Positions 1 through 8,368 are shown, counted from the first letter of the stretch. The stretch: DNA of 22,053 nt from a virus (IMGVR_UViG_3300022924_000017:1-22053); one strand, 5' to 3'. Program-made: numbers and translations. The notes: generated from the letters alone by a model not told the origin.

Positions 1-2
1 TT

Positions 3-629
3 TGAACCTATAGCAAGTCTTGACGCATAATCGTTCTGTGCTTTGAACGCAATCGTAGTCATCATCGAGTCTTTGATTCCGTTATCGTATATCTTCTTGT
101 GTGCTGTCTGTGAAATCAGCACGAGAAAGATATTCATTCCCGCACCCTCTGCAATAAGTCGCTCAAGAGCAATCTTAGCTCCTTCACCACACTGCTTTAT
201 AAAGGTTGCGAACTCGTCAATCACTATATACATAGGTACGCTGTTATCTTCAACAGTATCGCCCTTCTTCATACTAGCCTTCCAGCTCGCTCGGTTACGC
301 TTTTCAAGTTCACCGACTGTACGACGTAGAACTCCTCTGAAAGCGTCAACATCGCTGTTTACGTAAGCGCCTTTTGCGAACTTCGCATAGTCTTGTGCTT
401 TAGGCGACCATATCGCTACTTCTGCAATCTTGACCATATCTTCGAGCATAAACTTTACCATCGTTGACTTTCCAGACCTAGACATACCAGAGATAAGGGT
501 GTGCCCCATTTGTCGTGGTCCCATAGTCACAGCTGTACCAATCTCGGTTTCACCAAGTCGTATCTGTGCCGTTTCGGTTTTCTTGACCTTGTAATCTTTC
601 ATCATATCATCGAATACATTTCTACTCAT
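3..629 (-). CDS. FtsK/SpoIIIE-family P-loop ATPase, C-terminus runs off the window
   Basis: Not in the ORF track; translated by hand from ATG at 629 (SD GAAAGGA upstream): MSRNVFDDMMKDYK...GHTLISGMSRSGKSTMVK (Walker A in FtsK-like H-x-L-I-x-G context)...MYIVIDEFATF (Walker B)...IFLVLISQ...TTIAFK. There is no stop before the window edge. Confidence 0.75.
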   Translation of the reverse strand, partial: MSRNVFDDMMKDYKVKKTETAQIRLGETEIGTAVTMGPRQMGHTLISGMSRSGKSTMVKFMLEDMVKIAEVAIWSPKAQDYAKFAKGAYVNSDVDAFRGVLRRTVGELEKRNRASWKASMKKGDTVEDNSVPMYIVIDEFATFIKQCGEGAKIALERLIAEGAGMNIFLVLISQTAHKKIYDNGIKDSMMTTIAFKAQNDYASRLAIGS

Positions 630-645
630 AACATATCCTTTCTGG

Positions 646-876
646 TTATTCAAACCATTCAATTAACGTGTGTGTACTGGTCTCGACGTTCCCGTCATCA
701 TCAGTACCCTCGTATTCAGTTTCTTCGTATCGGTAGCCCATTTTGTCGCAGTGGTCGCAGTATAATCGCTGACCGTCCTCTTCGTAATCAGAGTGCAAGC
801 ACTCCAACCAAAAGGGTGTGCCATAACTGGCCCATGTACCTGTAGCTATATAATTGACTTTTATCTGCTTGCTCAT
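646..876 (-). CDS. small acidic hypothetical protein with CxxC (probably leaderless)
   Basis: 76-aa ORF containing YCDHCD and many D/E residues. The ATG lies 6 nt after a TATGAT -10 box. Confidence 0.7.
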   Translation of the reverse strand: MSKQIKVNYIATGTWASYGTPFWLECLHSDYEEDGQRLYCDHCDKMGYRYEETEYEGTDDDGNVETSTHTLIEWFE

Positions 877-882
877 ACTACT

Positions 883-911
883 ATCATAGCACGAAAATAG
901 ATAAAATACAA
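883..911 (-). promoter_or_regulatory. sigma70/sigmaA promoter for 646..876
   Basis: Minus strand TTGTAT-N17-TATGAT, preceded by AAAAGGTA. Confidence 0.75.
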
Positions 912-917
912 TACCTT

Positions 918-1487
918 TTATTTATCGAGTATTGTTGTTAGTGCCCGTTCGGTAGACCAGCCTAAGTGGTTGATCCTATAAAACAAAGTTCTGTAGCCTA
1001 TCCCTGTGATTTCAGCCCACTCGGTGATATTGTGCGTTTCTCCGTTGAAGGTAACGTAACGGTTAGTAGACCTGTTATTGGCCTGCTCTTTAGGGGTTGC
1101 CCACCGACAGTTTTTTGGTTCGTAATCTCCATCGTTGTCAATTCTGTCGATTGATGTACCAGGAGGCTTCTCTCCCATATCGGTACAAAAATTGGCAAAA
1201 CCACTCGCGCCCAGCCACCTATCGCACATCTTGACACCACGACTGCCGTGACTACTATAACTTCTCGTCTTGGGGTTATAGCACCGTTGCCTCATACTAT
1301 TCCACGTTTGATATAGTGGGTGGGATCCAGGCTTGAACTCTACACCCTTGTACATAATCCGCACACCCCTGTTCTGCGGGAGTATATTAGTTATCTTGCC
1401 GTGAACAATAATCTGTGTCTGGTGCATACTGCAATATAGTTTATAGTTCCTGATATTGTTACAACCGTCAACGTAGCAAGCTCTCAT
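918..1487 (-). CDS. HNH homing endonuclease (free-standing phage type)
   Basis: Contains an N-terminal CYVDGC...YCSMH Zn motif, YQTWNSMRQRCYNP, the SIDRIDNDGDYEPKNCRWATPKEQANN core, and a C-terminal ITEWAEITGI...GWSTERALT helical DNA-binding tail. All are typical of phage HNH endonucleases. Confidence 0.9.
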   Translation of the reverse strand: MRACYVDGCNNIRNYKLYCSMHQTQIIVHGKITNILPQNRGVRIMYKGVEFKPGSHPLYQTWNSMRQRCYNPKTRSYSSHGSRGVKMCDRWLGASGFANFCTDMGEKPPGTSIDRIDNDGDYEPKNCRWATPKEQANNRSTNRYVTFNGETHNITEWAEITGIGYRTLFYRINHLGWSTERALTTILDK

Positions 1488-1493
1488 AAGCCT

Positions 1494-1522
1494 ATTTTAC
1501 CACTAAAGTAGCTAATTGTCTA
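1494..1522 (-). promoter_or_regulatory. sigma70/sigmaA promoter for the HNH gene
   Basis: Minus strand TAGACA-N17-TAAAAT with an extended -10 TG. The ATG follows 6 nt later. Confidence 0.65.
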
Positions 1523-1700
1523 GGCTGTTGTACCATTCGCTATCGCTGACCGCACCAAGTTTAGCCATAAAAGGTTCAAACTCATCAACTCGCAAACACA
1601 AACCACCTGGGCTGCAAATCAAACCACCGTTAACCCAAAGGCTAAAGTTAATATGAGCAGGGGTTTCGTTGGTAATCCTGTACGTAATTCGGTCAATCAT
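1512..1700 (-). CDS. hypothetical protein
   Basis: 62-aa ORF whose start overlaps the upstream stop (TAATG). Confidence 0.65.
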   Translation of the reverse strand: MIDRITYRITNETPAHINFSLWVNGGLICSPGGLCLRVDEFEPFMAKLGAVSDSEWYNSLDN

Positions 1701-1855
1701 TATTCTTCACTTTCTTCGGCCATCTCGACCACTTCTTGTGCTTCTTCAATCAACTCCTCGAACTCGCTCTGCTTCGACAAAAGCCACAAAGCGTCGTCAT
1801 ACGTTTCTATATCGTATTCAGCCCCCTCGAGGACCTCTCGTAAACTAACTGACAT
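1700..1855 (-). CDS. very acidic small hypothetical protein (51 aa)
   Basis: Below the ORF-track cutoff; hand-translated as MSVSLREVLEGAEYDIETYDDALWLLSKQSEFEELIEEAQEVVEMAEESEE. It packs tightly between its neighbours. Confidence 0.7.
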   Translation of the reverse strand: MSVSLREVLEGAEYDIETYDDALWLLSKQSEFEELIEEAQEVVEMAEESEE

Positions 1856-1856
1856 T

Positions 1857-2102
1857 TTAGCTCTCCATTCTGTGCAAACATTTCATACACGTTACTTTTC
1901 TATCGTTAGTGGTTACGTTCATATCCTGTGTAACCCATTGACCGCACAGCAAGGCCCATTTACCTTTAGTGCCGAACATCTTATCGTACTTGCTCTTTAC
2001 GCGCCCACGACCTTTTCTACGATGGACAACGACCCGATGCGAACTAATCCTGGGACGGGGGCAGGCTCGAACAAATGTTTTCGCCGCCTCACGCAGACTC
2101 AT
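1857..2102 (-). CDS. basic hypothetical protein with LCG...CxxC Zn-binding motif
   Basis: C-terminal ALLCGQW...VTCMKCLH. The start is uncertain; ATG at 2102 avoids most of the overlap with the upstream gene. Confidence 0.55.
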   Translation of the reverse strand: MSLREAAKTFVRACPRPRISSHRVVVHRRKGRGRVKSKYDKMFGTKGKWALLCGQWVTQDMNVTTNDRKVTCMKCLHRMES

Positions 2103-2229
2103 CTTCGTCCTCGTCATCGGCAAGGCCATCACAGCAGGACCGTGGGTACCCAGGCTCATCACCGTCAATCAACGTGCCGCAAGTCATGCAACATAACCCG
2201 TCCTGCACATAGTCTTCAAAGAAACTCAT
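2089..2229 (-). CDS. small Cys-rich, acidic-tailed hypothetical protein (46 aa)
   Basis: Hand-translated as MSFFEDYVQDGLCCMTCGTLIDGDEPGYPRSCCDGLADDEDEDESA. It has a strong SD (AAGGAG) and an ATGA overlap with the upstream gene. Confidence 0.7.
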   Translation of the reverse strand: MSFFEDYVQDGLCCMTCGTLIDGDEPGYPRSCCDGLADDEDEDESA

Positions 2230-2408
2230 ACGTTCTCCTTTGCAATCGGTTGTCCCGTGATACCATTCTTGAAATCACTTAGACGTTCACCTAGCTCAGG
2301 CTCGCTTGTAACCCAACCGATAGTTTTGCCTGCACACAGTATCTCACCGTTAGGCATTACGAGAACATCTAACTTAGCCAGTGTTATTTCTTTAGGTGCT
2401 TTGTTCAT
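2226..2408 (-). CDS. hypothetical protein
   Basis: MNKAPKEITLAKLDVLVMPNGEILCAGKTIGW...; start reassigned to 2408 (ATGA overlap with the upstream stop). Confidence 0.65.
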   Translation of the reverse strand: MNKAPKEITLAKLDVLVMPNGEILCAGKTIGWVTSEPELGERLSDFKNGITGQPIAKENV

Positions 2409-2689
2409 ACTGTTGCCTCGATACCGTAAAAGTTGCACCAGAACTCTTCTCGCCTTGCCCTGATCTGCCTGTCTTCTGGGTAGTCTTTCACACTCTCCAT
2501 ATAATCAGGTGTACAGGTTGGGCAATAAGCACTGTTCAATACTGGTATCACCACGGCAAGCTCATCGTGTTTCAACAGGTTGTTGCAATTATCGCAAACC
2601 AATTCAGGTATCCTGCTGTACGACATTAGCTCGTCATAAGTAACCGTAAGGTAGCCTATGTTCTTGGGTGTTCTTTCAAAAATTGCCAT
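2405..2689 (-). CDS. Zn-finger hypothetical protein (2x CxxC)
   Basis: LVCDNCN...YCPTC; translationally coupled to both neighbours. Confidence 0.7.
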   Translation of the reverse strand: MAIFERTPKNIGYLTVTYDELMSYSRIPELVCDNCNNLLKHDELAVVIPVLNSAYCPTCTPDYMESVKDYPEDRQIRARREEFWCNFYGIEATV

Positions 2690-3192
2690 TACAGTTGTGC
2701 TCCTATAGCTTTGATGCCTTTTATAATTGTTTTCAGTTCGTAGTTGCGAAAGGCTGACTCAGCGTATACGACCGCGCCCTTACCGAAGTGGTAGTGGTTG
2801 TCGTCTAGGTACTCTTGAGCTTCCTTCTCGGTCAGGAACGCTACCCCGTCGTAGGTACTAGCCGCGGGTAGAAGGTCGATGTCATACGTCCAGTGGGCAT
2901 CTTCAAGACCGTCGCAATAACAGCCTTCTTCACCTAGCTGGGGCAGCTTATCGTAGTCGAAATCGCTCTCTTCTAAAATATCCGTACAGGTATGACAATA
3001 ATGTTCTTCTGCGCCCTCGTAGGTCAGACGCTCAGTGTGGTCCCCACAGCCATCACGCTTTTCAACTTTTATCTCATCGTATATACGAAAGATAGGCGTG
3101 TCGGTGTGTCGGTTGTCCTGTGTTTCGAGTAGGTTAGCGGTTGTTTTGAAAAACTCGGCTAACTCATCATCGAGTTCAATCGTCTTGACCAT
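2689..3192 (-). CDS. conserved phage protein related to the domain found in Ead/Ea22-like family proteins
   Basis: The motifs TQDNRHTDTPIF, FLTEKEAQEYL..N and VYAESAFRNYE resemble the TQDNR...F.TE...YL..N...IY..S..RN pattern I recall from those proteins. SD is AGAGGAG. Confidence 0.6.
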   Translation of the reverse strand: MVKTIELDDELAEFFKTTANLLETQDNRHTDTPIFRIYDEIKVEKRDGCGDHTERLTYEGAEEHYCHTCTDILEESDFDYDKLPQLGEEGCYCDGLEDAHWTYDIDLLPAASTYDGVAFLTEKEAQEYLDDNHYHFGKGAVVYAESAFRNYELKTIIKGIKAIGAQL

Positions 3193-3475
3193 TTTGTCGC
3201 TCCTCTTCTACTATGCTCATCACAAGCAGGTTAGTTATATAGTTCTCCGTATACTCGCTTGGTTCACCGTCTGAGGGCGACCAACCGCTTAACGAATACA
3301 GTATGCTCACCGAAGATCGGATAAGGGCATCACTGCGGTCTGGGTATCTATCCTTCATCATAAGCATTACACGCTCATCGAACGTATAGTGCTCCCGAGT
3401 GATAGGTACACCGTCTTTGACTTGAGGAGCAACGTAGTTACCCCAATCTGGTAGGTTCACTTTAGCCTTTGTCAT
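3176..3475 (-). CDS. hypothetical protein
   Basis: 99-aa ORF in the contiguous minus-strand operon. Confidence 0.65.
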   Translation of the reverse strand: MTKAKVNLPDWGNYVAPQVKDGVPITREHYTFDERVMLMMKDRYPDRSDALIRSSVSILYSLSGWSPSDGEPSEYTENYITNLLVMSIVEEERQNGQDD

Positions 3476-3698
3476 TATTAGCCTCTTTCTCAGCTATCCT
3501 CTTACGAAGTTCGTTGCGAACGTCTGCTCGCATCTCGCCCTCGTGAAAGTTTGATACACCGAACCCGATAAGGTATGCCAGTGATACTAGGTACATAACC
3601 AAGTCATCACCGACAGCCTTATGCAGAATAGTTGCTATTAAAATAAAAGCCCCTAATTGAAACAGGTCGTGTTTCCATTTCCTATCGAGTATCACCAT
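3462..3698 (-). CDS. small membrane protein (2 predicted TM segments)
   Basis: Hydrophobic stretches LFQLGAFILIATIL and LVMYLVSLAYLIGFGV. Confidence 0.65.
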   Translation of the reverse strand: MVILDRKWKHDLFQLGAFILIATILHKAVGDDLVMYLVSLAYLIGFGVSNFHEGEMRADVRNELRKRIAEKEANNDKG

Positions 3699-4900
3699 TA
3701 TCGTATTTCCGTTTCCACAAGCATTGTTGCATTGAAACGGTTAGCAATACGAGTGCCGTAACCTGGCTCAACTGAAACGATCCAAACGGCATCAACATCA
3801 GCGACATTCATTCGCCCGTCGTTGTCGTTGTCAGTTACAATCGCCACGTCCCGATACTTGTTAATGTTAATATCATCAATAACAGCCGAGTAGTTAGTAC
3901 CACCACCAATGTTACCGCTAAGGGATACCTCATCGCTAAAGTATTTGGTAATCACCGTAACGTGGTTAAGCCTTTTGACGGTGTTCGCAAGAATACGCTC
4001 GGCTTTACCAGTCTTTTCATCGCTCATACTTCCCGAACGGTCAATATAAACAACTAAAGTTTTACCTGGGCTGCGAGTCTTACGTCGGCCCTTCTTGACG
4101 ATAGCGCCTTGGTATTTCTTGTTTGGTCGTGCATAGCTTTTGTTTCGGCTCAACTGTTGCTCTTTGATGAAGTAACGGTTAAGGGAGTAGAACAATTCAA
4201 GTTCAGCGTCAATATCGACCTCGTCCCGCAAACCTTTTTGAATGTCTGCTTGCTCGTATCGTTCCTGTCGCTCGACTTTGATTTTCTTCAGTAAGTCCTT
4301 CTTAACTTTATCGCTCATACCGCCTGGCTGGGGACTAGGCGAAACAGATGTATCCTGCTTTTTCTTGTCGTCAAGGTCTCCTGCGCTCGCCCCACTACTT
4401 TGACCTTTGCCATCTCCTTGAATACAATCACCAAGCGGTTGACCTTTTGCCTTGCCGTTCTTGATTAAGTCGTCATAGATTTCAATGGCGTCTTTGCCGT
4501 AGTACTTATTGTGGGCACGTCGTTGCACGTTCAAACCACCTGCTAGAGGACCACCGATATTAAAGTGTCGGCTGTCAACCTCATCGTAGTAGTGGGACAA
4601 CTCTAAGTCACCAGCCATGTTCCGAATTTCGTGGTCATCACGTCCGTCACCCCAGATTTTGTCGTCTAGGTGGCGAAGGAGCGTGTGCAATACTTCGTGA
4701 CGGGCAACCAACGATTGCTCGTTGATGTTAAGAGTGCCGTTAATTACTATTCCTTGCGGGTTGGTAAAACCGATTACGCCCTTTTCATCTGTCCATCGAG
4801 TACCGAGTTGCTGTAGGGCAACACCGTATGAAGTATAGCCATGACGCTTCAAGGATTTCACGAGTGCGTCTAGCTTGTCCTGGTCGTCATAGATTTTCAT
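3698..4900 (-). CDS. HExxH metallopeptidase-like domain + vWA domain protein (DUF2201-like), MoxR partner
   Basis: ARHEVLHTLLRH (HExxH), IRNMAGDLE, a Gly/Lys/Gln-rich linker, a MIDAS motif VYIDRSGS, then GGGTNY and IVTD. It lies directly downstream of a MoxR ATPase. Confidence 0.85.
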   Translation of the reverse strand: MKIYDDQDKLDALVKSLKRHGYTSYGVALQQLGTRWTDEKGVIGFTNPQGIVINGTLNINEQSLVARHEVLHTLLRHLDDKIWGDGRDDHEIRNMAGDLELSHYYDEVDSRHFNIGGPLAGGLNVQRRAHNKYYGKDAIEIYDDLIKNGKAKGQPLGDCIQGDGKGQSSGASAGDLDDKKKQDTSVSPSPQPGGMSDKVKKDLLKKIKVERQERYEQADIQKGLRDEVDIDAELELFYSLNRYFIKEQQLSRNKSYARPNKKYQGAIVKKGRRKTRSPGKTLVVYIDRSGSMSDEKTGKAERILANTVKRLNHVTVITKYFSDEVSLSGNIGGGTNYSAVIDDININKYRDVAIVTDNDNDGRMNVADVDAVWIVSVEPGYGTRIANRFNATMLVETEIR

Positions 4901-4901
4901 A

Positions 4902-5792
4902 TTATTCCCGTTCTTCGATACGTTTGCTTAATCGAGCGTGTAGGCTGCTGACTTGGATACCGTTAGTACCAGTCGCGCCCTTCTCACCCGTTTGCTTAGC
5001 CTTTGGTTCAGCTTTTTCACGACTAAAGAAACTATTGCCGCGAATATCAACGTCTACTTCTTTGTAGGCATCAATAAGTGCAACTGCGTCCTTACCGATG
5101 AAACTTGGTGAGAACAATTTAACGTCCTGCACTGATGTTGCGAATTGCAAGAGCCGAGTCAAAGATCGAGGAGTAGTAAAGACGTTGGTTTCTTCTGTGA
5201 AGCCCTTGTCGTCTGTGAATACCAAACCGTCCTCGTTGATTAGCTTGTCAACCATAACTCGAACGTCATCGTCTTCAGGCACATCAACACCAAAGTTCGT
5301 CCACCATTCTTTAGCGTCTTGTGTCCAACGTACCCACGCAAAACGGTTACGCATTGCAGGAGATAGTTCATAGTTACCGTAGGCAATCGCAGGGTTCATT
5401 GCTGCCACGATGATTGTTTCAGGGTGGAGCTTTGTACCATCTGGTAAGTGCCGTGACTCAATAAGTGTCAGCAAAGCATCTGCTGTTTCCTTTACAGAGG
5501 TATTAAGCTCATCTAGGAACAATACTGTACGTTCTTTTACAACCTTGTCAAGAAGGCCAAGGGAGTAGTACTCACCTGTATGACTTTCGTGGTCGGCTAC
5601 GATTACACCTGCGATGTCTTCCTCGCTCAGTGTGCTTGCGAGTAGCTTGACAACGGGAATATCATTCTCGTTTGCCCAGCTCTCAACGATTGCTGATTTG
5701 CCCATACCTGCTTGACCTTCGATTGCTAAGGCAATACGAGGTTGCTCTTTGATACGGTCCAGCATCTTTTCAATTAGTGATGTTTTGCTCAT
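4902..5792 (-). CDS. MoxR-family AAA+ ATPase
   Basis: Walker A IEGQAGMGKS, Walker B VLFLDELN, IVAAMNP and LSPAMRNRF (sensor/Arg finger). Confidence 0.9.
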   Translation of the reverse strand: MSKTSLIEKMLDRIKEQPRIALAIEGQAGMGKSAIVESWANENDIPVVKLLASTLSEEDIAGVIVADHESHTGEYYSLGLLDKVVKERTVLFLDELNTSVKETADALLTLIESRHLPDGTKLHPETIIVAAMNPAIAYGNYELSPAMRNRFAWVRWTQDAKEWWTNFGVDVPEDDDVRVMVDKLINEDGLVFTDDKGFTEETNVFTTPRSLTRLLQFATSVQDVKLFSPSFIGKDAVALIDAYKEVDVDIRGNSFFSREKAEPKAKQTGEKGATGTNGIQVSSLHARLSKRIEERE

Positions 5793-6040
5793 TATGATTT
5801 AACTCCTTTAAAGTCTTTATCAGTTGCAAAGTTCAGCCGAACTCGTATCTCCATCAAACCCTTACGAATAAAGGCTTCATTGATACTCTGTGAGAACGGA
5901 GCTTTACCAGATTTAGTATAAGTTGGGCGAATATAGTGCCCTTTGTCAATGCTCGTCTTAGCTGGTCCTTCGAGTCTCACCCGAGGAAGCATATACGTCA
6001 TTTCCTCTTTGATTTCTTTGTGAGCGCCGTATCCAATCAT
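5792..6040 (-). CDS. hypothetical protein
   Basis: 82-aa ORF coupled on both sides by 1-nt overlaps. Confidence 0.6.
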   Translation of the reverse strand: MIGYGAHKEIKEEMTYMLPRVRLEGPAKTSIDKGHYIRPTYTKSGKAPFSQSINEAFIRKGLMEIRVRLNFATDKDFKGVKS

Positions 6041-6306
6041 TACAGACCTTTCATTTTGGTGGCGTCAATGACGACACGGTAGCTGAACTCAGGGAGCTCA
6101 ATCCATTCTGAACCTTCAGTAAGTTGGGCTTCAACTGTACCGTTTGCAACTGCACCGACTCCCTTGTCGCTGTCCCAGCCAACAATTTGCTTGTACTGTT
6201 CAATGCGAAGGTGCCCTGGTAGCATAGCATCGGCAAGAATACCTGCGAAGATGTAGCCTTCTGGTGCGATTACGATTACTTTTTGTCCGTTTGAATAATT
6301 GTTCAT
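6040..6306 (-). CDS. hypothetical protein (small beta-rich)
   Basis: 88-aa ORF with a strong SD GAAAGGAG. Confidence 0.7.
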   Translation of the reverse strand: MNNYSNGQKVIVIAPEGYIFAGILADAMLPGHLRIEQYKQIVGWDSDKGVGAVANGTVEAQLTEGSEWIELPEFSYRVVIDATKMKGL

Positions 6307-6360
6307 AGTGTGTTTCTCCTTTCAAGAGAATTAAAATAAAGTTGAACGTATGTAACTGGG

Positions 6361-7056
6361 CTAAGGCGTTTTGATCGCCTCACCCTCTTTTGCTTTACGG
6401 TTTTCTTCGAGGACTACTTCTGTAGCGTCAAAGTTGCCGTCATATATATCTGAACTGTACTCAGACACGAAATCGTCCGCTATTTCAATAGCACCGTTCG
6501 CGTCCTTGTAATCTGACCAAGCGGTTGAAACTTCATCGCCATACATTATGTCGATTGCTTCCCACTCGTCATACCCGAAGACTTCCATCATATTAGTTAC
6601 GTTGTAGTCCTCGGTGTGGCTGTCGATGTATGGTTCGTCATTGTCTACATTCTCCTTGTTAATAGAGAGAGTGCCGATGTCGATGAACCCTGCACCGCCT
6701 TCTTCGTCTTGATATTCAATCTCGAAGTCGCCATCGTGCTTTTTGATTGCCGCAACTAGCTTACCGAACGTGATGTGGGCATTCTTACCTTCACCGTCAC
6801 GCCAGCTTTCTTTAACTAACCTTCCCGCAAAGTAACTTTGTAGGTTGTTTGAATAGGCCCAGCGACCAGTGGCCCACCCACCAACGCTGACGTATTCTTC
6901 GCCGTCGAACTCTTTGTAGTCAATCTCAGCTAAAGCGTCCTCGTTGATAATGTTATATTCACTATCAGTCTGAACTGCCTCGATGTACGCAAAAAGCTCT
7001 TTGGCTATCTTTGGGTGGGCACTGATGCTCACTGTGGCAGAACTTTGGTTTGCCAT
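6361..7056 (-). CDS. acidic hypothetical protein
   Basis: 231-aa ORF with SD AGGAGG and a very D/E-rich C-terminal half. No family recognised with confidence. Confidence 0.75.
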   Translation of the reverse strand: MANQSSATVSISAHPKIAKELFAYIEAVQTDSEYNIINEDALAEIDYKEFDGEEYVSVGGWATGRWAYSNNLQSYFAGRLVKESWRDGEGKNAHITFGKLVAAIKKHDGDFEIEYQDEEGGAGFIDIGTLSINKENVDNDEPYIDSHTEDYNVTNMMEVFGYDEWEAIDIMYGDEVSTAWSDYKDANGAIEIADDFVSEYSSDIYDGNFDATEVVLEENRKAKEGEAIKTP

Positions 7057-7536
7057 TTACTGACCTCCTCTCATCTCACCTAGAACCACTAGGCGACGTT
7101 GCGACTGCTCGATCTCCTGTAGTTCACGAATAAGTCGCAGGTTGTTACCACTGCCTTTACGAGTCTTCTCAAGTTGTCTTGCGACTTCCATTGAAGCTGT
7201 TTCCAACAATCGAATACCGTTGCGAATAATCGCTGCAGGCTCTAATGAGTTGGTGTCGATAGGCGTGTATATGATTTTATCGCTCGTAACGCCATTCTTG
7301 CTAAGTGCTGAACGCAAGTAGCTAAGATGTCGTCCTGTCGATGTCGAATACCGTTCGGTGTTCACCAGCCAGGTACTACCTATAAGGGTTCCTAGTATAT
7401 AGTGATGACCGTATGAGTATATAAACTTGTCCTCAGCGAATACGTTTGAACTGGTTCGCCGTTGCAAAGTTGCTCGAACGTTCCCTTTCTTCGTTATTTC
7501 GCTGACCATTTGCTCAAGGCGTAAACTGTTATTCAT
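7057..7536 (-). CDS. conserved hypothetical phage protein
   Basis: IYSYGHHY...YSTSTGRH motif pair of a type recurrent in phage early proteins, plus a C-terminal coiled-coil. Confidence 0.7.
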   Translation of the reverse strand: MNNSLRLEQMVSEITKKGNVRATLQRRTSSNVFAEDKFIYSYGHHYILGTLIGSTWLVNTERYSTSTGRHLSYLRSALSKNGVTSDKIIYTPIDTNSLEPAAIIRNGIRLLETASMEVARQLEKTRKGSGNNLRLIRELQEIEQSQRRLVVLGEMRGGQ

Positions 7537-7898
7537 TATGCGTTCTCCGATACCAAGAAAACAACTATCTGTTGCTCTCCTGTAACCTCGAATTGATTGC
7601 GATTATATGAACTGCCTTGCATATCGTCTACAAGCAATACAAAGGCATCAACACCATTGTCTAAGAGGTATACGGTAATATGCTTATCCATTTTGAGTGG
7701 GTAAGTCATCGACTGCCGTGCATTCTCTTTCCAAGGTTGTTTGTAGTCTTTGAGTGCCTGTACCAAATCTGCAAGAACATAGTTTTGTCGCCCTAAAATC
7801 TGTAGGTTCTTATCGAGAGCCCATCGTCGGTAGTCCACTTTTTCAATGCGGTGAACGCCCTTGATCGGCTCAAACTTGTTTGGTGTAAACTCGGCCAT
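7536..7898 (-). CDS. hypothetical protein
   Basis: Start reassigned to ATG 7898 (SD AGAGG; MAEFTPNKF...). The track start at 8033 overlaps the upstream gene. Confidence 0.7.
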   Translation of the reverse strand: MAEFTPNKFEPIKGVHRIEKVDYRRWALDKNLQILGRQNYVLADLVQALKDYKQPWKENARQSMTYPLKMDKHITVYLLDNGVDAFVLLVDDMQGSSYNRNQFEVTGEQQIVVFLVSENA

Positions 7899-7899
7899 G

Positions 7900-8124
7900 C
7901 TATACCTCTTTGATATAGCCCATGTATGAAGCAAGTTGCTCGAACTCGTCCTCGTTGATAACAATGATTTTGCTATCGTGGTTTGAGCCCGTACGCTTGT
8001 AGTCATACAGTACAACCGAGCCATCGCTAGCAACGGTTGCGTTTAGTGAAAAGGCAACGTCAGGTGTCGAAAAGTCTTTGAGGACCAATACTTCGCCAAC
8101 GTTGTCGTGTGGTGTGTTTGCCAT
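7900..8124 (-). CDS. hypothetical protein, first gene of the leftward operon
   Basis: Start reassigned to ATG 8124 (SD AAAGGAG; MANTPHDNVGEVL...). Confidence 0.75.
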   Translation of the reverse strand: MANTPHDNVGEVLVLKDFSTPDVAFSLNATVASDGSVVLYDYKRTGSNHDSKIIVINEDEFEQLASYMGYIKEV

Positions 8125-8276
8125 TATCGCTCTCCTTTGAGTAATAATTATTATGATTTGGGGGCAGGCTAAAACAAATGTATATAAGGAGGCACTTTCA
8201 CCGCCCCACGTCGTAATCTCGACTCGCTGGAGACAGGCTGAAAAACCTCGGCAACATCTGTTCTTGCCTTGCAATT

Positions 8277-8299
8277 AAAAGAACCCCCATAAAGGGAGT
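8277..8299 (-). terminator. probable intrinsic terminator
   Basis: Minus strand ACTCCC-TTTAT-GGGGGT followed by TCTTTT (6-bp stem with one G-U pair). Confidence 0.5.
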
Positions 8300-8362
8300 A
8301 CTATCAACTGCCGCAATGACCTGTAGCACTCAAGTTACGAGTGAACTCTACAGCTATCGCTT
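8277..8362 (-). ncRNA. candidate ~85-nt structured small RNA or attenuator leader
   Basis: Lies downstream of a TTTACA-N17-TATAAT promoter. It contains the hairpin CTGTAG-agtt-CACTC-gtaactt-GAGTG-CTACAG and ends in a GC stem + UCUUUU. There is no ORF. Confidence 0.45.
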
Positions 8363-8368
8363 ATATAC

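Noticed and set aside
43-845. Plus-strand ORFs 43..366 and 501..845 (and similar plus-strand ORFs across 966-6236)
   Set aside because: They overlap well-supported minus-strand genes, including the FtsK-like gene, and have no recognisable motifs.
2067-2080. Gram-positive-type LexA box CGAACAAATGTTTT; weaker look-alikes near 6344 and 17379
   Set aside because: The best match is not next to an identified promoter, and the others break the GAAC-N4-GTTY core. This is insufficient to claim SOS control.
3698-5792. Annotation as cobalamin biosynthesis CobS/CobT
   Set aside because: Phage MoxR/vWA pairs are often labelled this way, but there are no cobalamin genes here and the partner has a HExxH-peptidase + vWA layout.
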